A stretch of DNA of 64,000 nt, from contig JACKEL010000001.1 in assembly GCA_020632975.1 (NCBI GenBank), positions 151,983 to 215,982 of the forward strand, given 5' to 3'. The notes below the pieces were generated by a model. The model had not been told where the DNA came from, did not search any database, and worked only from the letters and a program-made list of their open reading frames with translations. This document shows positions 32,501-45,138 of this stretch, in pieces. The position numbers and the translations under genes were made by a program. The DNA comes from Myxococcales bacterium. GTDB taxonomy: Bacteria; Myxococcota_C; UBA6777. Every line of letters begins with the position of its first letter. Within the stretch, counting starts at the first letter, position 1.

Positions 32501-33041
32501 CGAAGACAAGCAGATCCTCCTTTGGTCGATGAGCACCAATCAAGTGACCCAAACCCTCACCGGACACACCCAAACCATCACGGCTCTGGCCTACCACCCC
32601 AAAACAAACTGGCTCGCATCTTCTTCGCTCGACCAAAGCATCCGACTTTGGGACCCCACCAACGCCACGATCCTCCGAACCCTTTCAGGACACACCCAAG
32701 GCGTCATCAGCTTGGATGTCCACCCCCAAGGAAACGTGCTCGCATCTGCCGATCAAGGCGGAGAGATCCGCATCTGGGATACACAACAAGGCACCACCCT
32801 ACAGACTCTCACCTCCAACGTCGCCCCCACCCAACTGCGTTTCAGCCCCAACGGACACTGGCTTGCCATCGCTTACATCGACGGGCACGTTGAACTTCGA
32901 GAGACGATCTCTTACAAAGTCTCCCACACCTTGCAACTCCAACGCATCCCAACCTACGCCCTTGCGTGGTCCGCGGATGCCCAAACAATCGCCCTTGGCG
33001 ACCAAGCCGCAGGGATCTCGCTGTTCACTTGCAGCCCCTAA
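26589..33041 (+). CDS. giant lipoprotein: S1 serine protease, then Cys-rich modules, a PE-rich linker, an internal MYXO-CTERM-like segment, a second lipoprotein-like signal, and about 28 WD40 repeats
   Basis: TTG 26589 is preceded by AAGGAG at 6-nt spacing. The track ORF from 25989 would overlap the rhodanese gene. Signal [25 protein letters not shown]. Triad TAAHC / NGGDLGI / GDSGGP. More than 15 Cys modules, then ...[36 protein letters not shown], then [18 protein letters not shown], then WD40 units ([30 protein letters not shown]... repeated to 33041). Confidence 0.8.
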   Translation: [2150 protein letters not shown]

Positions 33042-33089
33042 CACCACAAAAATCCTCCTGCAACCGCACATTTGAAGGAAGAAGGCCCC

Positions 33090-34019
33090 ATGCCATCCAT
33101 CTTAGCCAACCAAATCCACCTCGAATACGAAACCTTTGGCGACCCAGCACACCCCAGTGTGCTCTTGATCATGGGCTTGTATATGCAGATGCTCGGATGG
33201 CCCGAGGCATTCTGCCAACAGCTCGCGGATCAAGGCTTCCATGTCATCCGATTTGATAACCGAGATACTGGGCTTTCTGACAAGTTTCACGGTATGCAAA
33301 CCCAACCCATCTGGCGCATGTGGCTCCTTCAACGCCTTGGATTGCAGCTATCCTCTCCCTACACACTGCACGACATGGCACTCGACGCAGTGGGGCTTTT
33401 GGATGCACTCGATATCTCAACAGCTCACGTCGTTGGCGCCTCCATGGGCGGCGCCATCGGCCAGATCCTCGCAGCACAACACGCAAATCGCGTTCGCAGC
33501 TTCACATCCATCATGTCTTTTTCGGGAGATCCAAGGATACGCATCGGAGACCCCCGGATACTGCTGTCTTTTATGAATCGCCCTCGCACCCCTGAAGCTG
33601 TCCTTCAAAATGCTGTCCGCTTTTGGCAGATGATCGATAGCCCCAACAACCGCATCCCCGACGAGGAGCTACGCCAACGCGTGCAGAGTGCTTTCGAACG
33701 CTCTTTTTATCCCCAAGGCTTCCGCAGGCATCTCGCTGCGATCCTCGCCTCAGGAGATCGTTCTGCATTGCTGCGACAGATCCGCGTCCCCACGCTGGTC
33801 CTGCATGGCAAGGATGATCGCCTTGTGTACCCAGATGGAGGACGCGACACTGCAAGCAAGATCCCCGACGCACGCTTCCATCTCATCGAAGGCATGGGGC
33901 ATCTTCTTCCCCCCAATCGCTACACTGCTATCTCTCGTATGATCGCGCAGCACGCGCAAGAAGCAGATGCTCGTTACCAAGAGCGCCGCCTCCAACACCA
34001 TATCCGCTACCCCTTTTGA
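33090..34019 (+). CDS. alpha/beta-fold hydrolase
   Basis: Nucleophile elbow VVGASMGGAIG. C-terminal HGKDDRLV...MGHLLP. GAAGGAAG RBS before ATG 33090. Confidence 0.75.
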   Translation: MPSILANQIHLEYETFGDPAHPSVLLIMGLYMQMLGWPEAFCQQLADQGFHVIRFDNRDTGLSDKFHGMQTQPIWRMWLLQRLGLQLSSPYTLHDMALDAVGLLDALDISTAHVVGASMGGAIGQILAAQHANRVRSFTSIMSFSGDPRIRIGDPRILLSFMNRPRTPEAVLQNAVRFWQMIDSPNNRIPDEELRQRVQSAFERSFYPQGFRRHLAAILASGDRSALLRQIRVPTLVLHGKDDRLVYPDGGRDTASKIPDARFHLIEGMGHLLPPNRYTAISRMIAQHAQEADARYQERRLQHHIRYPF

Positions 34020-34039
34020 ACGAGCCCCCCCTCAAAGTC

Positions 34040-34810
34040 TCAAAATGATTCAAAATCATCTTTCGTGTCTCGTACAGAGAACCAAGCACGCCCAATCTGC
34101 GACCGATCATCCATCATCAATATCAAGGCAGTATCTCGATGTGAAACGATTTCGAGAAAGCAGTAAGCCCCGCCCACAGACAAAAAGTACTCTTCGACAT
34201 CATTTTTGCCTTGCGCTTCCTCTTGCAAAAACGGTCGCAAGGGATTGTCCAAACAAATCCGTAAGATATCTGACGCAAAGTTCGCAACACTTTTGGGTGT
34301 GGCTTCTTCTTCTTTGATATCTTGCAGGTAGATCCCCCGCAGCTTTCGTGTAGAGATGCTAAAGACCGCAGCAGCGGCCGAACCATCCATCTCTGTCGCC
34401 ATCCTTTTGCAAAGACGGCTGATCAACTGCATCTCTTGGAGAGAGCGACGCTGTTCCGAAGACGCCTCATTCGATGGAGAGGATGAGATCTGGAGCTTTT
34501 CTTCCTCGAAAGGTGCGTAAAGCAACAACCCTCTAGGAGACGAAACGGGCGCGGCAGACAACTCGTCGCTGCTCTCCCTTCGTACAGGCTCCGCGATCTC
34601 TTCGTTCCCAAACAACAAAGACGCAGGTGGCACAATCTTGCCGAAAGTCCCAATCTCCGTATTGGTCTCTCGACCCTCGCCTTCAAACAAAACCTTTAAA
34701 CTTGCTCGGAGGATATCGTTCACTGTCATTTTAGCCCCCAGCTCTGATGTCGTTCTCATCTGCGCACCATCCATAGTAAGCATAGACGGATGTTGTGCGT
34801 TTACATCCAT
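34040..34810 (-). CDS. hypothetical protein; C-terminal about 120 aa possibly Roadblock/LC7 (MglB-like) fold
   Basis: The C-terminal pattern AAAAVFSISTRKLRGIYLQD...YFLSVGGAYCFLEIVSHRDTALILMMDDRSQIGRAWFSVRD resembles a roadblock strand-helix-strand core. The start is uncertain: ATG 34810, 34783, 34774 or 34729. Confidence 0.3.
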   Translation of the reverse strand: MDVNAQHPSMLTMDGAQMRTTSELGAKMTVNDILRASLKVLFEGEGRETNTEIGTFGKIVPPASLLFGNEEIAEPVRRESSDELSAAPVSSPRGLLLYAPFEEEKLQISSSPSNEASSEQRRSLQEMQLISRLCKRMATEMDGSAAAAVFSISTRKLRGIYLQDIKEEEATPKSVANFASDILRICLDNPLRPFLQEEAQGKNDVEEYFLSVGGAYCFLEIVSHRDTALILMMDDRSQIGRAWFSVRDTKDDFESF

Positions 34811-35107
34811 CTATACCTGTCTTTTTTCGGCAAAAAAATCTTCAAGAGATCTTGTCTCTTGTAAAAAATCACGTTCTTGGAAAGCTATACGGACGCTAGT
34901 CAGCAAACTCCACACAAAAAGTGCAAAATGTTGCAGATGTATATCTATCCATAAATAGAATTCATACAGTAGAGAAAGGACATCATGAGCAAAAACAACC
35001 AGCGATAAACCATTCCCAAACTGTTCGACCCACGCTGTTGGATTTGTTCCTGACAGTGTGAGACATGTCAGGCATATCAAAGATCATGCCACCCCCTGTA
35101 AGATCCC

Positions 35108-35914
35108 CTAGAGCTTCACGTCGCAGTGTCCCTCACCATCGATGTGCCCCAAGGTGCGACTAAGGTGCTCAACAAAGGCTCGCAGATCTTTCACTTCTGC
35201 AAATCTCCCCACACCATAATGCGCCAAGCCCGCAAAATCCGCCCCATTGACGGCCGCAAGCTCCTCCAAGGTGATCTTACCATCGTTGTCTTTGTCTGCG
35301 TCTGCGATCGTTTGGAAACGTACCTTGGCATCGGGATCTTCGAGATCATCATAGAAGAAGTGGTCTGCATGGATGGTGAGCTGCGTCTTGGCGGTCGCGC
35401 CCACTTGCACAACAGCCCGCTCTGACTTGCATCCTGTGTATTGTGTGTTTGTCTTGAACCCCCAAGCAAAAGTCTTGCTTTGACCGTCTTTCCGCGCGGT
35501 ACCTTCCAAGTAGATCGAATAGCCCGCATCCTTCATCATCTTTGCATCTTCAGCGCTCGCGTTACCAACTTGTGTTTCTGCGTTGGCGGGCGAAACAGAG
35601 TACGCCAAACGATCCCATGTCCCCGAAGGAATCACGAACTCGCTTAAAAGCTGCTCACCTTTTTCTCGGAGATTGAAGACCTTAAACCCCGCAACACTCG
35701 GTCCTGTAGCCCCTGCCGCAGAGCCTGTCTCAATGCCTCCAACCACCACAAGAAACTTCGTAAACTCGATCTCCCAACCATCCACAACCTCTGTCGCAGG
35801 GATCTTTTCCTCGATAAAGGCCTCTCCCCACACGGATACAGCGAGTTTTCCATCGCCACCACATCCCACAACACCCAAGAAGAACAATGTCCCCAGAAGC
35901 ATGATCTTACGCAT
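35108..35914 (-). CDS. lipoprotein with canonical EF-hand Ca2+-binding loop
   Basis: Signal MRKIMLLGTLFFLGVVGC. DKDNDGKITLEE matches the 12-residue EF-hand loop (D1, D3, D5, G6, I8, E12). Confidence 0.55.
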   Translation of the reverse strand: MRKIMLLGTLFFLGVVGCGGDGKLAVSVWGEAFIEEKIPATEVVDGWEIEFTKFLVVVGGIETGSAAGATGPSVAGFKVFNLREKGEQLLSEFVIPSGTWDRLAYSVSPANAETQVGNASAEDAKMMKDAGYSIYLEGTARKDGQSKTFAWGFKTNTQYTGCKSERAVVQVGATAKTQLTIHADHFFYDDLEDPDAKVRFQTIADADKDNDGKITLEELAAVNGADFAGLAHYGVGRFAEVKDLRAFVEHLSRTLGHIDGEGHCDVKL

Positions 35915-35954
35915 ACAAATGCCCTTTCTCCATCAAGAGAATTCCTAAAAAATC

Positions 35955-36686
35955 TCAATAAAAAAGCGAATAAGAGGTGCTTTGAAGCACCGCTTTTCGC
36001 AGGATATTGGTTTGTGTCTCATCAGGACGCTTACGAGAAGGAACTTTCTCATCTTGAGAAAATGCCGAAAAGTCCGTCAACTCGAACCAATGCGCGAGCT
36101 GCACAGAAAACGTGACTGGCTTTTCCCCAGAGCTGATCGCATGTTCAAACGCAAGCCCTGACAGAGAACGTTTCTCCAAAGCGATCTCGCAGGCAAACTT
36201 GACCTCCACACCATCTTTTGAAGCGGTGCCACGGAGGGTTGCGAGATCGGTCGCCTCAAAGGTAAACTCCGCCGCGCCGTAATCGCCCGTAAAAGCATCC
36301 ATCTTTCCGACTTCTTGATCGCCTGTTCCTAGAAGATCGAGCGGTTTGGCCGCGATCCACTCTGCTTTCACAGAGCCACCTTCAAAGTGCCCAGGATGCG
36401 CCCAAGCGGTCCCCACAAGACTGTCCGCAAGATGGCGCAATCCCCAACGCGGCAACGTCCGCAAGCTGTAGGCGGGCGTCCCTTCGTACAGACGAAAAGC
36501 TTGGAAACTGACTTGGGCTTGTTCCAAATCGATCTTCCACCCCGAAGCCGCCACAAAAGACGACGCTGTCGGGCGATATTGTAAGGTCAGTGTGATCGGC
36601 GAAACCTTGGGTGCCCCACAAGCCACTCCAAACAGCCACAGCCCCACCACCATCAGCCCCATCCCTGTAAGGAAACGAATACGCAT
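35955..36686 (-). CDS. hypothetical lipoprotein
   Basis: MRIRFLTGMGLMVVGLWLFGVAC lipobox. No catalytic motif. It lies immediately downstream of the TonB-dependent receptor gene on the same strand. Confidence 0.45.
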   Translation of the reverse strand: MRIRFLTGMGLMVVGLWLFGVACGAPKVSPITLTLQYRPTASSFVAASGWKIDLEQAQVSFQAFRLYEGTPAYSLRTLPRWGLRHLADSLVGTAWAHPGHFEGGSVKAEWIAAKPLDLLGTGDQEVGKMDAFTGDYGAAEFTFEATDLATLRGTASKDGVEVKFACEIALEKRSLSGLAFEHAISSGEKPVTFSVQLAHWFELTDFSAFSQDEKVPSRKRPDETQTNILRKAVLQSTSYSLFY

Positions 36687-36700
36687 CACTTCACCTCGTC

Positions 36701-41019
<4,319 letters not shown>

Positions 41020-41026
41020 GAGGCCC

Positions 41027-41377
41027 ATGGAAGATCCGAAAACAAAGCCGAGCTCTGTGCCTTCCTCTCCTTCGAAGCCTTGGCCCGAACATGTGGGACA
41101 CCGCGAACAAAGAAAGCTGCGCGCACGCCAAGAGGGGCGACCTCATGTCTGGTTTGGCTTGGGGATGTTCGGGCTGATCGGTTGGTCGATTGCGCTTCCA
41201 ACCGTGTTGGGCGCTCTGTTGGGGGTTTGGATCGACCACAGATGGCCGAGTCGTTTTTCTTGGACGCTGACTCTGATCTTTTTGGGCCTTCTGTGGGGCT
41301 GCAACCAAGCTTGGTACTGGATCACCAAAGAAAGCCACCAACAACAAACCCAAAAACCACCCAACGAGGACAACTAA
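41027..41377 (+). CDS. atpQ: N-ATPase accessory membrane protein (AtpQ/AtpZ-like, 2 TM)
   Basis: Small protein with two TM helices (VWFGLGMFGLIGWSIALPTVLGALLGVWI; WTLTLIFLGLLWGC). Its position between atpC and atpB fits the N-ATPase gene order. Confidence 0.5.
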   Translation: MEDPKTKPSSVPSSPSKPWPEHVGHREQRKLRARQEGRPHVWFGLGMFGLIGWSIALPTVLGALLGVWIDHRWPSRFSWTLTLIFLGLLWGCNQAWYWITKESHQQQTQKPPNEDN

Positions 41378-41381
41378 TCCC

Positions 41382-41705
41382 ATGTTACCGCTTACTTTTT
41401 GGGGTTTAACCTTTTCTTTTGTTGCAGGGCTGTTCATCGGCGGCATCTACTTTTGGGGCCTGTGGTGGACCACCCAACGACTGCCTCATCTACGCAGCCC
41501 GGGCGTTTGGCTGCTTGGGAGCTTTGCGCTTCGCATGGGGCTTGCATTGGTGGGCTTTTATCTGGTGATGCAAGGGCGCCCAGAGCGGTTGTTGTTGTGT
41601 ATGGTTGGCTTTTGGATCGCCCGCCTTGCATCTGTTCGTATGGTCCCAGCCTCTCCACCTCGATCCCCCTCGAAGCCCCCTGAAACCTCGGAGGAATCGG
41701 TATGA
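41382..41705 (+). CDS. atpR: N-ATPase accessory membrane protein with Arg in TM helices (AtpR-like)
   Basis: 107 aa with 2-3 TM helices carrying Arg (SFALRMGLALVGFY; FWIARLASV). Directly precedes atpB. Confidence 0.5.
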   Translation: MLPLTFWGLTFSFVAGLFIGGIYFWGLWWTTQRLPHLRSPGVWLLGSFALRMGLALVGFYLVMQGRPERLLLCMVGFWIARLASVRMVPASPPRSPSKPPETSEESV

Positions 41706-42406
41706 ACACGACTCCAGACGTGCTTGTCCTTTGGCAGTGGGGACCGATCACCCTCAATGCCACGCTGCTTTGGACTTGGTTGGTCATGGCTTTGTTGGTG
41801 ACTGTCGCGTGGTGGTTGGGGCGTAACCTCTCTAGTGGCGTCCAAATCTCCCGAGGGCAGGCTTTTTTAGAGAGCTTGCTGGTTCTCTTGCTGCGTCAAA
41901 TCGAAGACGTAAGCCAGCAAAAGCCCCGTCCCTTCTTGCCTTTCGTTGGAACGCTTTTTCTTTTTGTCGCCACATCCAACCTCTTGTCGATCATCCCAGG
42001 TTATATCCCTCCCACAGCTTCGCTTTCCACGACGACAGCGCTTGCTTTGTGCGTCTTTGTAGCTGTGCCCATGTATGGCATCCAACGACAAGGTGTCGCA
42101 CAATACTTTCGCCAATATCTCCGTCCTTCGGTCTTTATGCTCCCATTCAACATCATTGGAGAGTTTTCTCGCACGCTGGCCCTCGCGGTGCGCCTCTTTG
42201 GGAATGTGATGAGCGGGCGCATGATCATTGGGAGTTTGTTGGTGGTTGTGCCCTTCTTTTTTCCGATCATTATGGACCTATTTGGCTTACTTACAGGGAT
42301 GATTCAAGCTTATATCTTTGCGGTCCTTGCGATGGTTTACATCGCTTCTGCAACGCAAGCCCAACCCCCATCCCCACCATCACCGCCCACGTCTCCCACG
42401 ACGTGA
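41702..42406 (+). CDS. atpB: ATP synthase Fo subunit a
   Basis: Conserved stator arginine region LAVRLFGNVMSGRM. Five TM helices. Confidence 0.85.
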   Translation: MNTTPDVLVLWQWGPITLNATLLWTWLVMALLVTVAWWLGRNLSSGVQISRGQAFLESLLVLLLRQIEDVSQQKPRPFLPFVGTLFLFVATSNLLSIIPGYIPPTASLSTTTALALCVFVAVPMYGIQRQGVAQYFRQYLRPSVFMLPFNIIGEFSRTLALAVRLFGNVMSGRMIIGSLLVVVPFFFPIIMDLFGLLTGMIQAYIFAVLAMVYIASATQAQPPSPPSPPTSPTT

Positions 42407-42428
42407 CCACAAAAAAGGAGTTCCTCTC

Positions 42429-42719
42429 ATGACAACACTGGGACTTATCGCGAGCGTTTCGATCTTTACAGCAGGACTCACCATCGGCCTCGGTTCCATC
42501 GGCCCCGCACTTGGGGAAGGCCGTGCTTTGGCCCAAGCCCTTCAGTCCATCGCCCAGCAGCCTGACGAAGCCAACACCATCACACGCACGCTCTTTGTGG
42601 GCCTTGCAATGGTCGAATCCACCGCAATCTACTGCTTTGTGGTCTCGATGATCTTGTTGTTTGCCAATCCCTTTTGGAACTATGTCCTGACCCAAGCCGC
42701 CAAAACGGTTGGAAAGTAA
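42429..42719 (+). CDS. atpE: ATP synthase Fo subunit c with Na+-type ligand set (E-S-T-x2-Y)
   Basis: AAGGAG lies 9 nt upstream of ATG 42429. Hairpin c subunit sequence MTTLGLIASVSIFTAGLTIGLGSIGPALGEGRALAQALQSIAQQPDEANTITRTLFVGLAMVESTAIYCFVVSMILLFANPF. Confidence 0.85.
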   Translation: MTTLGLIASVSIFTAGLTIGLGSIGPALGEGRALAQALQSIAQQPDEANTITRTLFVGLAMVESTAIYCFVVSMILLFANPFWNYVLTQAAKTVGK

Positions 42720-42763
42720 GCAGAACATCCGAAACAACCGCACATTGCGCAAAGGAGCCGTTC

Positions 42764-43543
42764 GTGAATATCGACTGGTTTACTGTTGGGGCGCAGATCG
42801 TCAACTTCTTGATCCTCATCGCCTTACTCAAACGCTTTCTCTATCAGCCTCTTTTGACCGCGATGGACAAACGAGAACAAACCATCGCTGCGCGGTGGGA
42901 AGAAGCCGAACATACCAAAAACGAAGCGCAGAGTTTGCTTGAGGAAAATGAGCGGCAGCGCAAAGAGTTACGCGATACCAAAGAAAGCTCGCTCACCAAG
43001 ATCCGCGAAGAAGCCGAGACCCAAAAACAGCACCTCCTCCAAGAGGTCCGTACAGACATCCAACAACGCAAAGAACAGTGGCGTAAGTCCCTTGAACGAG
43101 AACAAGAAGACTTTCTCCGCGACCTACAACGCCGCGTTGGACAAGAAACACTTGCGATCGCACGACGCGCTCTCCAAGATCTCGCAGACACCGAGCTTGA
43201 GCAGGCTGTGGCACGTACCTTTCTGCAAAAACTTCAGTCCCTCACCGCCGAAGAAAAGAAGACTCTTTCTGAAGCCATCCAAGACTCTGACTTACACATC
43301 ACGCTTCAAAGCAGCTTCCCGCTTGCTGAAGAACAAAAGCAGCAGATCGCAGAAGAACTCCACCAACTCGCCCAAGCCCAAGTGCAAGTCGAAACCCAAG
43401 AAGATCCCGATCTGTTGTGCGGTATCTTGCTCAAAGCCGAGCAATACCAGTTGTCTTGGCATCTTCGACAATATCTCGAAACCCTCTCCCAACGCTTTCT
43501 CGAAACCCTTTCGGATAGCAATCGTGAGGCCCAAGCGTCATGA
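42764..43543 (+). CDS. atpF: ATP synthase Fo subunit b (long, 259 aa)
   Basis: GTG 42764 with AAAGGAG at 6-nt spacing. Single N-terminal TM ([17 protein letters not shown]) followed by a long charged coiled coil. Confidence 0.7.
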   Translation: MNIDWFTVGAQIVNFLILIALLKRFLYQPLLTAMDKREQTIAARWEEAEHTKNEAQSLLEENERQRKELRDTKESSLTKIREEAETQKQHLLQEVRTDIQQRKEQWRKSLEREQEDFLRDLQRRVGQETLAIARRALQDLADTELEQAVARTFLQKLQSLTAEEKKTLSEAIQDSDLHITLQSSFPLAEEQKQQIAEELHQLAQAQVQVETQEDPDLLCGILLKAEQYQLSWHLRQYLETLSQRFLETLSDSNREAQAS

Positions 43544-45138
43544 CAGAACCCCTCACTCCTCCAGCAACCAACGAAACAGCCCAAGAGACGGACTTTTTGC
43601 GCCAACGCGTCTTGGACCCAGCACTCGCGATCTTACAAAGTTCACGTGAGGGCGTCGCACTGCGTCCGCAGCTCCGCGAAGTCGGGCGCATCAGAGAAGT
43701 ACAACGCGGCGTTGTGCGGATCACAGGACTCCCAGGCGCACGCATGGGAGAAGAGATCCACTTTGCGGATGGTTCACGGGGGATGGTGCTTCGTCTCACG
43801 CCTGAAGATATCGGGGTCGCGCTGATCGAAGAAACGGGCCAACTCCACGCAGGATTAGAAGCCTATCGAAGTGGCGAACTCGTCGATGTTCCCGTAGGAG
43901 ACGGCATATTGGGTCGCGTGGTCGATGCAACAGGCGTTCCTCTCGATGAGATGGGGCCTATCCGCGCAAGCCAACGCTATCCTCTCGAACGCCTCGCGCC
44001 TCCGATTATGCACCGCGCCCCCGTGCATCAGCCCCTACAAACGGGCATCAAAGTCATTGATGCGATGTTTCCCATCGGCCGAGGCCAACGAGAGCTGATC
44101 CTAGGAGACCGTCAGACGGGTAAAACCGCCATCGCGATCGACACCATCCTCAACCAACGCGACCAAGACGTCATCTGCATCTATTGCGCGATCGGACAAC
44201 GCAGCACTGCCGTGGCACGCGTCATCGAAACCCTCCGTCAATCGGGAGCGATGGGGTATAGCGTCGTGGTGGTAGCAAGCGGTGATGCCCCCGCAGGACT
44301 CCAATACATCACCCCTTATGCCGCCACGAGCATGGCCGAATACTTTATGGAACATGGCCGCGATGTCCTGATTATCTATGATGATCTCACCCGACACGCT
44401 CGATCTTACCGCGAACTCTCTCTGCTTTTGCGCCGCCCTCCCGCGCGCGAAGCCTTCCCTGGCGACATCTTCTACATCCACTCGCGACTGCTCGAACGTT
44501 CGACCCACTTGCGCAAAGAGTACGGTGGAGGTTCGCTCACAGCCCTTCCCATCGTCGAAACCGAAGCACAAAACCTCTCCGCTTACATCCCAACCAACCT
44601 CATCTCTATCGCGGACGGCCAGATCTATCTCTCGCCCGACCTCTTTCAAAAAGGGATGTTGCCCGCCGTCGAGATCGGACGCTCAGTGTCTCGGGTGGGT
44701 GGAAAGACCCAACTACCCGCATATCGTGCTGTCGTGGGGATGTTGCGCTTGACCTATACCCAGTTTGAAGAACTCGAATCCTTCTCGCGTTTTGGTGCGC
44801 GCCTCGATGAAACCAATCGACAAGTCCTTACACGTGGTCGCAGGATCCGCGAAGTCCTCAAGCAAAAACAATACGAAACACTCGCAGCAGCCGACCAGAT
44901 CGCGATCTTGCTTGCGCTGACCCAAGGACTGTTCGATACCCTTTCGCTCCCTCGCTTAGAAGAAGCCCAACGCGAAGTCAGAACCCATACAAGAAAACAA
45001 CTTCCCCTTCTCGTCGAAAAGATCGAGCGTGGCGAAAAGCTCACACAAGATGAGATCGAGCGATTTGTTGAGGTCCTTCAAAAGGTCCTACAGCTCGAAC
45101 AACAAGAGGATGGCGATGTCCACGCTCGAAGAGATTAA
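43540..45138 (+). CDS. atpA: ATP synthase alpha subunit
   Basis: P-loop [22 protein letters not shown] overlap with the atpF stop. Confidence 0.9.
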   Translation: MTEPLTPPATNETAQETDFLRQRVLDPALAILQSSREGVALRPQLREVGRIREVQRGVVRITGLPGARMGEEIHFADGSRGMVLRLTPEDIGVALIEETGQLHAGLEAYRSGELVDVPVGDGILGRVVDATGVPLDEMGPIRASQRYPLERLAPPIMHRAPVHQPLQTGIKVIDAMFPIGRGQRELILGDRQTGKTAIAIDTILNQRDQDVICIYCAIGQRSTAVARVIETLRQSGAMGYSVVVVASGDAPAGLQYITPYAATSMAEYFMEHGRDVLIIYDDLTRHARSYRELSLLLRRPPAREAFPGDIFYIHSRLLERSTHLRKEYGGGSLTALPIVETEAQNLSAYIPTNLISIADGQIYLSPDLFQKGMLPAVEIGRSVSRVGGKTQLPAYRAVVGMLRLTYTQFEELESFSRFGARLDETNRQVLTRGRRIREVLKQKQYETLAAADQIAILLALTQGLFDTLSLPRLEEAQREVRTHTRKQLPLLVEKIERGEKLTQDEIERFVEVLQKVLQLEQQEDGDVHARRD

